Shown: piece by piece, positions 1 to 13,297 of the stretch
How the letters are laid out: the number at the start of each line of letters is the position of its first letter
Position numbering within the stretch: the stretch's first letter is position 1
From: Octopus sinensis
Taxonomy: Eukaryota
Assembly: GCF_006345805.1 (NCBI RefSeq)
Contig: NC_043006.1
Coordinates: 91,078,001-91,142,000 of the forward strand
Length of the DNA: 64,000 nt
Direction of reading: 5' to 3'
Program-made: the position numbers and the translations under genes
Notes under the pieces: model-generated
Told to the model about the DNA's origin: nothing
The model's input: only the letters and a program-made list of their open reading frames with translations
Database searches by the model: none

Positions 1-1048
1 CTTTGCTGTTTCTAAAATTTTCCATTCTTCATTATTGTTGTTGTTGTTCTTCTAATCATCATCATTGTCATTATAATTTCAAGTCACAATCAAAAGTACT
101 AATTGACAAACATTTTGTCATCTGTTCTTTTCTAAGAATTACTAGAATCTTAAACCAAATTTGTATTCCATTTGATGTGTTAAAACATTCCTGATGACAT
201 TGTTACAATAGTCTTTCTTTTTTTCTGTCGATTCATTTTCTTTCTAACACTTAGTGAAAAATGAAACTATTAAAAAGAAAGTCTGTAAAAGTAATCTTTG
301 TTTAAGTTGGTAAAAATATTATTTTCTCTCATTTTTGTCCTTGAAAAACAATTACTGTTTTTGGAAATAGTTATCAAACCGTTTTGTATCTCTATGTCCT
401 ACCTATAAATTTTTTTGGTTTATTTATCCATCTCCCTATCTCTTCATCTGTGCATCTATCTTGATATTTAAAACACACACACATACACACACACTGCTTT
501 AATACATAACTCCAATTCCAATGTAAAACAACATTATTCTGCAAATATAGTTGCAGAATGTATGAACATTCCAACTTCTGATTCCTCCTTCCCTAATAAT
601 ATACAGCTGTTTGTTTGTGTAAGTAGATTGTCTCCAGTTACTAGCAAGAGGGCCATGTGATAAAGAAGTTCTCTTCTTGACCCGTGGTTCTGGCTTTGAC
701 CCATTGTTCAGCACATTGGGCAGATATGCAAGTATTTTTTACTGTAACCTCAAGTTGACAACCTCTGGGTGGGATTCAGTGCATGGAAACTATGCAGAAG
801 CCTATTGTATATTTGTAAATGTGTGTGTTTGTGATTTTTTTATGTCTTTGAAACTACACTGCCAGTTGTACGAAAAAGGAAAAAAAAAAAAAGCAATATT
901 AGATCAGAAAGAATAATTTAGTGATTCAATGAATAGATATCAATAGGAAATCTATCAGACTGAAATAAGTGATTGACTAAGATCTTTGAAGTTGCTGCCC
1001 CAGCAAGGCTACCGTTCACTGAATGAAACAAGCATAAGAGAAGAGCAC

Positions 1049-1063
1049 TGTGTGTGTGTGTGT

Positions 1064-1152
<89 letters not shown>
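1049..1152. repeat. (TG)n(TC)n compound microsatellite
   Basis: Directly visible. Confidence 0.97.
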
Positions 1153-1156
<4 letters not shown>

Positions 1157-1286
1157 TTGCTCTCGTTGTATGTACACTAGTACTAATGTAGTGTGTTGAT
1201 AGTCTTTCAGCTGAGAAGTATATATGCTGAAGAATGAAAATTTGCTATCTGAATTTGTATAAACTTCATGCTATGTTGGAGTGTTA

Positions 1287-1340
<54 letters not shown>

Positions 1341-3990
1341 CATAAACAGATATTAAATGATGATAGAGAGATAGAGAGAGAGAGAGGGGGATAGTTAGAT
1401 AGATATATATACACATATGCATATATATCTATACATATGTACCTACGTAATTCATATTCAGAAAATCCAAGCTTTTATCACTTCTGTCAAATGAATTGTG
1501 TTAAGTACTCTTTTCGTCTTCCCTTTATACACTCTGATAATTGCAGGTATCTAAACCAACATGCACTCATATATATTTACATATCTGTGCTTGTGTAGAC
1601 CTGTATATACACGTGTGTGTGTGTGTGTGAGGGATAACGTTTGTGTGTTAAACAAGTATCCAATACATCATTTCAGTATTGCTTCATTCTATGTAATCTC
1701 ATTTGAGAGGACTGATATTCCCCAGCCACATTTAACTAATTATGTTTATCTGAATGCATGTGTGCACATGTACATGTTACACCTGCCCAAAACATACAAC
1801 AAAATTATTAATTGGAATAAGTAGCTCACAACAATTCAATTTAGATACTGTTGTTTTTGTTTTCCTATATAACATAGCGATATGCATTAAAGTGTAAACC
1901 GTAGATAATTTTTTCCCCTTTCCATTAAGAATCAGTAATATTTTTGTATTCTATATTTTAACAGTGTTATGTTTCAACAAAAATTTTCTCTTGTTCTCTG
2001 GCAAACAGAGAATGGATGAGGGAAGATGATAGGCAGACAGCATATTGCCCAGTCCTTAATTCTGGTATTAATAGCATATTCTTTATTGCAATCGATAATT
2101 AAATTTTAAAACAAAAATACATATATATATATGCCAGTTTAATTCCACTGTTAACTGAAAAGCTTTCAAAAGTTCATTTGACTATAAAATTAGGTTCTCT
2201 TAAATTGTCGGAAATAGCAGATACTCTAATTTGGAAAATTATCTTTGTTCGCACGAAATATATAAAAATTATTTGCTTATACTTTACTTGTTTCACTCAT
2301 TGGACTGCAGCCATGCTGGGACAGCAGCATAAAAGGTTTCATTGATCACCAATACTTATGCCATTTCTCTTTTTGCTAAATCATTAAGTTATGGGGCTGT
2401 AAACAAACCAACACTGGTTTCCAAACAGTAAGAAACAAGTGTAAAATTCATACACACACACACACACATACACATGGCAAAGAAGTTCACTTCCCATTCC
2501 CATGCTTTCGGTTTCAATCCCTCTACATGGGCCCTTGAGCAAATGTCTTCTACGATAATAAATGTGAAAAGTAATTTTTATATATCATACTGCGACCCCC
2601 CCTTTAACTATTCATTGACACTCCTACTATTGCTCATGTTGGGGTAAGAGTAGTAGTAGGCATAGACATGGTGAGGGCGGTGGTGAAGACAGAAGGAGAG
2701 AGAGAGAAAGAAAGAGAGGGATAAAGAAATTTAGGGAGAGTTGATGTTTTTATTAAAAGTAGTAGTGTTGATGGTGGCAGTAAGAGTAATAAGAGAGAGA
2801 GAGAGAGAGAAAGAGAGACTGACCACTGAACTAACATACTGAATGAACACACACATTTAGCCTTTTTGTGACGAAAGTAATGGGGGTGAGAGTAATAGTA
2901 TGAGCTGTAGTTGTGATAGAGGTGGCAGTGATGGTGCTGGTGGTAGTAGCCAGGGGATGAGGGATGAAGTGACAGTAAGTGATGTGAAAGACAGTGGTGA
3001 TGGTAATGGAAGGAAAGGCAGCGAAGTCAAAAGTATTGATGATGGTTGTGTCAGAAGTCTGCAATGTATCTGTACGGCAGATGTGGTGGCAATGGTGGTG
3101 GTCTTGTTGTTTATCATGCAGCTTTGCAATAAGTTCCAAGTTGACAAATTATATCATTGTTTTGATGAAAATTGTTCATTGCTTGAAAAATATTGTTCAA
3201 GTTTAATAAAATTTAATATGTACTCAATGCATGAAGCATGATTGTTGGGCCCAAGGCCTGATGAAGATCCCTCCATAGGAGCTTGCTTAAAAGCCCCAAG
3301 TCAACTAAAGCCTTGTGAATGGATTTGACAGTGTGAAACTGAAACAAGACCAATGTGTGTGCATGTATGCATGCATGCAGATATGTGTGTTTGTGTGTGT
3401 CTGTGTGTGCATGTGGGTGGGTATGTTTGTTTGCATCTCCTTGTTTTGACATTATGCATTAGTTATAAACATGCATCACCATCATAAAAACTGTGTCTTT
3501 CATTCCCAATCTGCCGTAAAAACATGTCCAGCCATGGGGAAATATTTCTTTACTTAGAAACAGGTGAGTTTGGTAACTGGGAGGTGTCTGGCCATAGAAA
3601 ATCTGCTTTAATCAATTTTGCTTGACTCATGTGAACATGAAAAAGTAGACATTAGAGTAATGATGATGTTGACACACACCCAGTGTAGGCTTCTGCATAG
3701 TTTCTGTTTACAAAATTCACTCTTTCGGCATTGGTTAGCTCTGAAGGTGTAGCAGGAGACAATTGCTTACGGTGCTGCAGAATGAATCTAAACTCAAAAC
3801 TACAACTTTATGAAATGAAATTCTTCACCTCACAGTTTTGCCTGTTTATTGCTAGAGGCAGAACGGACCTTAGAAGTGAATATAAACTTTTACTTGCACA
3901 TCTAATTAATTTATTATTTTATTTATTCTGTAAAATTATCCACGTAAACTCATCTTTTTCTCCCTTATTTTTTAAATTCATTCTGTAGTG

Positions 3991-4570
3991 ATTATTATTA
4001 TTATTATTATTATTATTCCTTCGTAACATAGAGTAGGTAAAAATGCACCGGAGTCTTCAGTCACCTGTCAAGTCACAACAAGGACCTCAGACAGATAATA
4101 CTTTCCTTAAGATGTGGGCTGTGCCCAATAAGGCTGCTTTTTGCAAGACATGAATCTTGCATGGGATTTCCAGTTGCCTTAAGAAGTTTTGAAGTTTCAG
4201 TGGGACTGAGCCCAAAGCTCCGATCACCACTGGTATCATTTTCACATTACCCTCTCGCAGTCCATACAGTCTTGCCATTTTCACTTTCAATTCAGAGAAC
4301 TTGGTGATTTTTTCAACCTCTTCACTCACAACATTCATGTCATTTGGTATGGCTACATCAATGATCTGACAGTATTTGTCTCTCTTATTTAGTATGACAA
4401 TATCCGGCCGACGGTGTTCGATTACACGATCCATCTGAAAAATCATAGTCCCAGATTATCGTTACTTTTCCATCCTCCTGCATGACTTTACTTGGTACAT
4501 GCTCATACCAGTTCTCTGTTACTTCATATTGGTATTTATGGCATAAGAGCCAATGAAAGTACACACACAC
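3991..4570 (-). mobile_element. R4/Dong-clade non-LTR retrotransposon, 5'-truncated 3' end (restriction-like endonuclease domain, 3' UTR and (AAT)n tail)
   Basis: ORF 4087-4446 HRRPDIVILNKRDKYCQIIDVAIP...EKITKF...IPVVIGALG...LQKAALLGTAHILRKVL is a PD-(D/E)xK REL domain. The frameshifted upstream part reads WYEHVPSKVMQEDGKVTIIWD. The (AAT)9 tail lies at 3991-4017. Confidence 0.9.
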
Positions 4571-6041
4571 ATTATTTTCAGCAGAAGTGGAATGGATTTC
4601 TCTTTAATCAATACCTTTCTCTGAGGCTCTCTTTAATCAATACCCTTCAACAATAATTATCTTTCCAAAGTCTATATACCCCTAGTATCTTTTACTTATG
4701 TCCAGAATATTAACTTTACTTATTAGCAAGCTAATTTTCTCTTTCTTCACACACAATAATTAAACTCTGTCTGTCTATTCTCGTTAAAGTCACTTCTCTT
4801 CAATGTTCTCCCGTCGTTGATCAGCTTCATTATTTTTCAGTACATTTCTTCTGCTAATCCCAGAACAATTATTTTTTTTCCCCCACATTTTAGCCACTTC
4901 CTACATAAATCATAACCAACAATAACAAACTAATCTTTTCCTCCTTTTCTTTTTCTTTTCTTTTTTGTTTTGCCACCAGAATTGTTACGTTGGATTCGTT
5001 GTAACTTGTTTTCAACTGAAGTGATATTAATGAAAGCTAATAGGTGCCAGAGTGGTCATGCTTTCAGGTTCAACCCCACTGCAAGCCGATCAAAGCCTTG
5101 CGAGTGGATTTGTAGACAGACACTAAAACAAACTTAAGGTGTGTGTGTGGAGGGGGGGGGTGTTAAGAAGTTTGCTTCCCAACCTCATGGTTTTAGGTTC
5201 AGTTCCACTGTGTGGCACCTTGGGGTTTGCAAGGTGGTTCTGTAACTGCTCGTCCATAATTCATCTCAGCTTTGTGATATTTATCAGTATTTATGTGAAC
5301 AGAATATTTTTTTCAAATGAAGTGATGATAAAATTTCATTCACTATTTACATGTTTAGTGTTTTGTTTTCATTGTTTGTCTTTTTATTGATTACAGTTGT
5401 TGGACTAGCTGTGCTGGAGCCCTACCTTCAAGGGTTTCATTCAATTATTTTGGCTCCAACACTTAAATCTGAGATACACTTTGTCTTATTTTTATCTTTA
5501 GAAATAAGAGTAAAGTAAAAACAACTATAAATATATTGAAATTGGGAGGGGTGTTGTTAGCCCATCCATGTTTAAAACATTCAGTTGAATCCATAGGTTG
5601 AACCATTTCATGTCTGACCCACCTAACTTTTATCAGGTCCTGTATTTAGATTTAGCTCACCTTTATCGAATTTTATAAGGTTTCCGTACTGAATTCAAAT
5701 CATTTCATTATGGCCCTGGTAAAAGTTCCCCTATATACTTGCCTCAAAAGATCTAAGACTCTGTAGAATCATTAGAAATTCAGCACCACTGAGATCCTGT
5801 TGACAGCACTAAAAACTACAGAACACAGAAACAATAATTTATCAAAGATTATATTATTGTTGCAGTTGTTTTATTACAAGAATAGCACTGAATGATTTTG
5901 GCAATTTGTTCAGGAAATGCTGTTATTAACTTTTTAGTTTGTCAACATCAGTTTACAGATCCATTCGTATAATGATGCCACAGCATACATAAATACATAA
6001 TAAATGCCTATTAATTTTACCTTCTCTGTCTTTCATTTTAG

Positions 6042-6212
6042 GTATCGTGATTTTCCAAAGGTTGACAGTGCTCATCTTCCAGTTGAAACACACCGCAAAT
6101 ACTTATGTAACTTTCTAGGCACAATTTATCCAAATTCCTCAAGAGAAACATTAATTGAAACTTTAAAGTCCAGCCAACATGGAAAACAATGTTATTACAG
6201 AGTCCGTCATGA
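6042..6212 (+). CDS. RXYLT1: RXYLT1/TMEM5 (ribitol-5-phosphate xylosyltransferase 1), penultimate coding exon
   Basis: Acceptor tctttcattttag|g at 6041/6042 and donor ga|gtaagt at 6212/6213. The 171-nt phase 2-2 exon reads YRDFPKVDSAHLPVETHRKYLCNFLGTIYPNSSRETLIETLKSSQHGKQCYYRVRHE, matching the recalled TMEM5 segment YRNFP...YLCNFLGTIY.NSSR. It splices in frame to 29263 (GA|G = E, then W). Confidence 0.92.
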
Positions 6213-6639
6213 GTAAGTGACATTTACTACTTATGTGTGTGTGTGTGTGTGTGTGCTGGAAATGGAGACTATGGCTATTTTACAAAATTGTTTTAATGTT
6301 TCTGTTTGACGTTGATTTCTGTCCAATCTCCTGTTTACATATTCTGATGTGTAACAATACAGCTGTGCATTCCTTTCTTCATATTCATTTGAATAACGGT
6401 TCACGTAATGGCAGGGGATGTTGCTGTCAGGTAGATGCATAAGCACATGTACAGTTAGCCCTCTTGAGACTGTGACGACTAACGGGTGAACGGAGGGCAA
6501 AGTAAGGTATGGCAACCTGGGTGTTACTTACAGGTCTAAGGTGTTTATGTATTCATATGTTTATATGTGTTGCACATTGTACCTGCACATTGAGTGTCTG
6601 TGTACGTAGATGTATGTGTGTGTATATATTCTTTTATTC

Positions 6640-6950
6640 ATTTACTTGTTTCAGTCATTTGACTGTGGCCATGCTGGAGCACCACCTTTAGTCAAAGAAA
6701 TCAACCCCAGGACTTATTCTTTGTAAGCCCAGTACTTATTCTATCGGTCCCTTTTGCCGAACTGCTAAATTTTGGGGATGTAAACGCATTGACATCTGTT
6801 GCCAAGCAATGGCAGGGGTATAAACATACACACACATACACATAAACATATATATATATATATCCGACGGGTTTCTTTCAGTTTCCATTTACCAAATCCA
6901 CTCACGAGGCTTTGGTTGGCCCAAGGCTATAGTAGAAGACACTTACTTGA
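6640..6950 (-). mobile_element. SINE family A copy
   Basis: Reverse complement of the family A tail and CORE (tttacttgtttcagtcatttgactgtggccatgctggagcacc ... ccaaatccactcacgaggctttgg). Confidence 0.8.
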
Positions 6951-6999
6951 TATGACTTGTTGAGGCAAGTGAAATCAAAATCAAATTTGATGACTGGTA

Positions 7000-7436
7000 T
7001 CCATGCTAGCGGAGCGCTAAGAGCACCATCCGAGCGTGATTGTTGCCAGAGCGGCTAACTGGCTTCCATGCCGGTAGCATGTAAAAAGCACCATTTAAGC
7101 GTAATCATTACCAGCGTCATCTTACTGGCACTTGTGCCAGTGGCACATGAAAAAGAACATTCGAGTGAGTTCATTGCCAGTACTACTGGACTGGCCCCTG
7201 TGCAGGTGGCATGTAAAAAATACCATTTGAGCGTGGCCATTGCCAGTACTGCCTGACTAGCCCTCGTGCCGGTGGCACATAAAAGCACCCACTACACTCT
7301 CGGAGTGGTTGGCATTAGGAAGGGCATCCAGCTGTGGAAACTCTGCCAGATCAAGATTGGAGCCTGGTGCAGCCATCCAGTTCGCCAGTCCTCATGCAAA
7401 GCGGATGTTAAACAATGGTGATGATGATGATGATGA

Positions 7437-7490
<54 letters not shown>

Positions 7491-8370
7491 TACGTATACC
7501 TGTATGTATGTAGGTAAGTATGTATGTGTGTTTGCATTGGCATCTATAAACGTAACATGCGCGTGATGTGCAAAGTAAGAAGAAAGGATTCAAATGAGGG
7601 TTGCTTGTTATCAAAACAATTGAAATGGTTGGATGGAGTGGACTTTGTATTCTTGTCAAGGACAATCCAAACTCTCTAGAATTAGTGCCACAATGATAAT
7701 AGGAAATGCTAGCATTCATTGCAACCATGCCAAAAGTGTAATATATGAGCAAGATGTAGTCCTAAACACATCTAGGAGGACAGTAATTACTGAAGATTGT
7801 GATGACCCAACCTTGGATAGCATGGTAGAAATAGTGAGAAAGCTGTTGTGTGTGTGTGTGAATGGATACACACACATATCAGCATCACCATCATTTAACG
7901 TCCATTTTCCATGTTGGTATGGGTTGGATGGTTTGACTGCAGTCTGCAAAGCCAGTAGCTGCACCAGGCTCCAATCTGACCTGGCAGTGTTTCCACAGCT
8001 GGATGCCCTTCCTAACACCAACCACTCTGAGAGTGTAGTGGGTAAGTATGTTGGTGGAAGTGATTTCCCGGTTGAACTGTCCAACCCATGCTAGCATGGA
8101 AAGCGGACGTTAAATGTTGATGATGATGATGATATAGTTAGTCATGGCAGATACTGGTGTCATGCAACTGGTATCTGTGCCAGTGGTATATAAAAGCACC
8201 CACTACACTCTTGGAGTGGTTGGTGTTAGGAATGGCATCCAGCTATAGTAACTATGCCAAATCAGACTGGAGTTTGGTGCAATCCCTCAGCTTATCAGCC
8301 CTGGTCAAACTGTTCAACCCATGACAGCATGGACAACGGACATTAAATGATGATGATGATTATGAAGATG
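7000..8370. mobile_element. Cluster of RTE-3'UTR-related short repeats (family B) in both orientations
   Basis: Copies at 7000-7435 (+), 7885-8043 (-), 8068-8130 (+) and 8140-8370 (+) share GGAGTGGTTGGC.TTAGGAAGGGCATCCAGC...CATGCTAGCATGGAAA.CGGACGTTAAA(TGA)n with the 3' end of the RTE at 49000-49190. Confidence 0.8.
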
Positions 8371-10339
8371 ATATATATATATATATCCAGTAGTCCAGTT
8401 ATATATAGTTCTTATAGATGCAAGTGTGATTGAGAGGCTTGTTCTCAACCAAGAGATCTCTGATTCAGTCCCACTTTTTATCCCCTTGGACAAGTATCTT
8501 CTACGGAAGGTTTGTGAATAGATTCAGTAGATGGAAACTGAAAGAAGCCCATCACGTGTGTGTGTGTGTGTCTTTGTCTTGACATCACATGATGATTGTA
8601 AATGCACAGCACAATCATAGAAGTGATGTTGTTTGATTCCAGTCTTCTTTGAAAAAATGTCTTGCCATGTGAAGTCCCCCCACCTGCTTGGATGTCAGTG
8701 TAAATTTGTGACAGGAAGAGCACCCAGTCATAGAAAATTTGCCTCAACAAATTCCTTCTAACCCATGCAAGCTTGGGAAAGTGGGTGTTAGATGATGATG
8801 ATAATGACAATAATGATGATATATAATCTAGTAAAGAAAGAAAAAATTCTCTGTATTCTTTTGTATGACATATCACATCTTTTATTATTAAACTCTCAAC
8901 ATTCACATTACTGGAATATTTTTGTTTTAATATGAGGATTTCCTTTCATCATGAATAACATTTATTCTTATTAGTAAACAGAATTTATTCACTCAAAAAT
9001 TAGCACCATTTCTATTTTTGTTTTTAGTTTTCTCCTTTCACTGCTATTGTTATAAATATAAGTATGATAAACCAAAATCGAACTGTTCATATATGTTTCT
9101 GAACATAAACCAGAAATTATAGCTCTGCCATGTCATTTTCTTTCGTGTTTCTGATTAATTTCCATAACAAAAACTCTCAGAAGTATTTATGGGAAACTTT
9201 AGAAAACTGTTTGAAATGTAGAGCCTAAAAACAATGGCGTTGTGTTTTTTCCATTTATTCTTAAATAACTTATGGCTATTATTGCTTTCAGGTTGATCAA
9301 ATGGAAAATTCTTTGTAACAATTTGCTGCTTAATTAGTAACAAAATCATTAAACATTCTCCAAGGAATGTAGGAGAATATTAATAGGTATTAGTGATTGT
9401 TACCAGCAATAGTTTTAAAAAATTTGTCGATAAATGGAATAATTTACGTTTATTATACACACGCACACACACACACACACACATACATATGCACACATAT
9501 TTATACACTTGTACATATATACATACATATAGGAAATGTATTTATGTTCTAAGTTGTAGGGCAGAATTTTGCACCAAAGTAGCTGAAATTTTGCATTAGG
9601 TTATATCTTCTCAAGGAATATTGTTTTCCTGAAATTTATTAATTTTTAACTCTACACAGAAAACTGAGAGTAAATACCCGACCAAGAACTGCAGTCGACC
9701 CTGGGCAATATTACTGATTAGAAAAACAATTCACTTAGAGTAATTATGTAAGCTAGTAGACATTTTGGAACAAAAGGTTTCCAACTAAATAAAATATGTA
9801 AGATTAATATTTTGTTTCAGGTTCTGTGGTTGCTTTTATTTTTCTGTGCATTTTTAGGAAGTTCAATTTGAATCATTTAAATTGTTTAAAAACAACAATT
9901 TTGAGTGAATCAGTATTCTCTGACAAAGTAAAATCTTTTGAAAGTAATTCATTCAAAACCAAAATATGGGTAATTCAGGCATTTATAAAACCTTGCAGGG
10001 TCAGGTAGTATGGCTACAAGAGTGTGTGTGCGAAAGTGCGCAAGATTCTATCCCTTAGACACCAAAATACACATTAATAATGGAGAAGGCAGCTGCATGG
10101 AAAACCAGAGAATTGCAGCTGCTTTCACTTGAGCTCTGCATTCCGTGTATCTTTATGAACAAGGAAGCTAAGGAATTGGCAATATTTCATTTTTACATGT
10201 ATTACATCAACTGCCATGACGAGAAGTCTGCTGTCTGTCTTGTGATTCCAAGCAATTTAAGGTTTGATTTTTTTAAAACCCAGATTATAGTAAAGGAAAG
10301 CTACAGTGGATGGCCAATTTCACTGTTATATTTCTTGCT

Positions 10340-10605
10340 TTCATGCTAGTGGCACATAAAAAGCACCAACTGATCATGGCCATTGCCAGCCTCCCCTGGC
10401 AGCTGTGCCAGTGGCATGTGAAAAACACCCACTACACTCATGGAGTGGTTGGCGTTAGAAAGGGTATCAAGCTGTAGAAACACTGCCAAATCAGACTGGA
10501 GCCTGGTGCAGCCTCCTGGCTTCTTAGACCCGGTTGAACCGTCCAACCCATGCTAGCATGGAAAACGGACATTAAACGATGGTGATGATGATGATGATGA
10601 TGATG
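10340..10605 (+). mobile_element. Family B (RTE 3' UTR-like) copy
   Basis: Closely matches 48960-49190 and ends in (GAT)n. Confidence 0.82.
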
Positions 10606-10900
10606 CTTTCTGGCTTCAACGCAGTTGGATTTTTTTTGCACAGTCCTCTGGAAGTCCAGTCTTCACACAGGTTGGGTACCAGCTTCTAAAGAATCTCAAG
10701 CCTATTCTCAATCTGGTTTCGCCAACCTACTGATATCATTGCTCAGGAGGTTGTGTGCTTCTGCTTACAAACAGGTTTTGCAGGCACAGATGGAAGCTGG
10801 GAACCAAATAAGACCCAATGGCTGTCTTGGAAAAGGAACTGGCAGAATCCCTTCCAAAAGAACTGACCCTGACACTCCATACATCCTGAATCCTAAAGCC
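10600..10900 (-). mobile_element. Degenerate RTE-like LINE 3' end with (CAT)n tail
   Basis: The same terminal sequence gactggacttccagaggactgtgcaaa..aatccaact..tgaa.ccagaaa.catcatcat occurs at 25611-25675 (+). The minus-strand remnant reads GWRNQIENRLEIL..CEDWTSRG. Confidence 0.5.
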
Positions 10901-11346
10901 TGACCCCATGCCTAATTGGCTCTTATGCTTTTATTTTTCTTTACCCTTGCTTTTGCTTTATTTATTCTTTTTGTTTTATCCTTAATTTATATTAGGACCT
11001 TCTTGCTTCCCACTGTTCTAAGCCTACTGTAATAAAATATCACCTCACCCTACTCCAGCCTACCTAAGAACCAATCTAGCAGACTCTTATCTCAACCGGG
11101 TTGATGACCTTAGACATCATATCACACTCAAGAACTATATTCTTAACGTCAATGGCCAACTGTGTTGATCATTCCCCCATTTCATTGTTGGCTTCAACAC
11201 ACTTCAGCCACATCCCTGCTGTATCCTTCGGATATTCTTTTGTTTGTAACATGGTCTTTTGTAATGGAGTAATTTTCTCATTCTTCTATTAAAAAGATAC
11301 ATAAGAAATAGCTGTAATTATCCATCATATATTATTTTTCATTTGA

Positions 11347-11391
<45 letters not shown>

Positions 11392-11665
11392 ATATATATG
11401 CTTTCACCTCAGCCTCATCCCCAAATATTCCCTTCCCACTTCCTTCCTTCCTTCCTTCCAGTCAACATTTGCAACTGTTAATCCAGGCACATTTTTTCTC
11501 AGCCCCCCCCCCCATCTATTTTCTCTCTTCATCTTTTTTCTTAGAAGATCATAAGCTCAAAATGTCAAAGACGCTTCCATTTTTTCTTGAGGTCAAACTA
11601 ATACACCATGTTTGTTGTTCCTTCATTTATCTCTGTCTTCTGGGGGGGGGGGAGCTTTTTTTTTG

Positions 11666-11825
11666 TACAATTGATGAACTTGTCGATATGACTGGTGTGT
11701 CCTGGAGCTCCTACCACCAAGTTTTGAGCAAGGAATTGCAAATGAAAAGAGTTGTAGGAAAATTTGTGCCTCACTTGCTCATGGAAGATCAAAAGCAGTC
11801 TGGACCGATGCATTGCTTCAAATGG
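11666..11825 (+). mobile_element. Mariner transposase fragment (second HTH and linker)
   Basis: IDELVDMTGVSWSSYHQVLSKELQMKRVVGKFVPHLLMEDQKQ matches the mariner ..L.MRRV.AKFVP.LL..DQK linker motif. Confidence 0.8.
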
Positions 11826-12112
11826 AGAATACTTTGAAGGCAGTAAAAGTATAAATATATAAAACTAGGTGAATAAAATAACATTGCAAAAGTGCAGTCT
11901 CTTTTGGGTACCCCCTTGTACACTGAGATCATTAATATTATACATACATATACACACATGCGATATGTTTTGTGTCTCTGCTTGCCTTTGGGGATTTATT
12001 GTGTGTGTGTGTGTGTGTGAAGCTGAAGCTAAACAAAATCAACTCACTTCCTGCCTGTATCAAGTACTTTTGTTTTTGTTTGTAAACATAAATGTTCACC
12101 TGTTCATATGTA

Positions 12113-12149
<37 letters not shown>

Positions 12150-13297
12150 ATGCACTAGAAATGTATAGCTGTGCATGCAACTGCAGTTTTGTATGTATGA
12201 ATGAGTAGAATAATTTTTTCTCTTTTTTCTTTCGATTTGTTGATTTATTTAGTGGCAATTATTTCATTGTTGGATAGCTTTTCCCATTAGTCTGTGAGTC
12301 TGTGCATATGTGCTTGTCTTCACTAAAATTCATTTACAAGATAGGATATGCAATGAAATTATCTTCAATGATACTTGAAATATGTGTATCTGCAGGCTGA
12401 TGCTGTTAAGCACTGGGGAAAAACAAAAAAATTCACAGTTGTTTGTCAGGAAGTTTTAACTAATTAACTTATTTAGCTATTTATCTATTAGTTTAGTCTA
12501 ACTGATACAAGCTTCATAAAACAAACTGCTTAATGAAATTATGGTCACCCTAATGACTTTTAATCATCTTCAGAGTCATTAAAACTGACTGCCACCATGT
12601 CATTTAATGTTTTGTTTTTTTTATATATATATATACATTCTTGCTTGGCTTAAGCAGTTTTTGTGTAGCCATGGCTGTCTCCATAGCAACTGTATCATGT
12701 GAACTCAAGGTCTGTGTAATTTAAGCCATAGCCGTTTCACAGATGAATGCTTTCTTTAGGCTAGTTATAAAACAGTAAAAAGCCAGTGAAGATCAGTTAT
12801 AAGAGAATCTTAATATCTCTCTCTATATATATATATGTAATGTGTGCTACTAAGCCACTATACATCAGCTGCCGAACTGTAATGTATCAAGAAACATATA
12901 AAACGATAATACAGAGAATAAAATTCTACTTTTCTTGTTAACTCTTGCACTTCAGTCAAGAGTATCTGAACAAGAGTAACTAATAAATCAAGTGTTTCTG
13001 AGAGGTTTTGGTTTTGAGTTTTGTGAAGGGAATGAAATAAATTAAATGCATTACAAGACAGCTTTGCTCTTTTAAGCTGTTAATACTTGACTCTTTTATA
13101 ATGAGTATTAAACCATATTTATGATTTTTACAGATTAAAAGCAACAAAAAAGAAAAAAAGAAAGCTATTTTCACTTTTACATATTCAAAATTGATTTGAA
13201 AAACAAAGGCATCCAGCCATAGAAATTATGCCAAAGCAGACATTGGAACTTGGTGCAGTTCTCTGGCTTACCAACTCCTATTGAACTGCATGAAACA

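Noticed and set aside
557-618. Possible upstream RXYLT1 exon (ttgcag|...|gtaagt)
   Set aside because: The only plausible frame ends in phase 0, incompatible with the phase-2 start at 6042, and it lacks the expected QWPLGVAT-like sequence.
2620-3241. Overlapping 70-113 aa ORFs rich in T/H/G/D/V
   Set aside because: This is low-complexity GGT/GAT/GA-rich sequence open on both strands, with no splice-consistent structure or domain motif.
9821-10004. Open 184-nt exon-like segment inside the RXYLT1 intron
   Set aside because: Phase 1 to 2 is incompatible with the phase-2 intron, the donor is weak and there is no recognisable homology.
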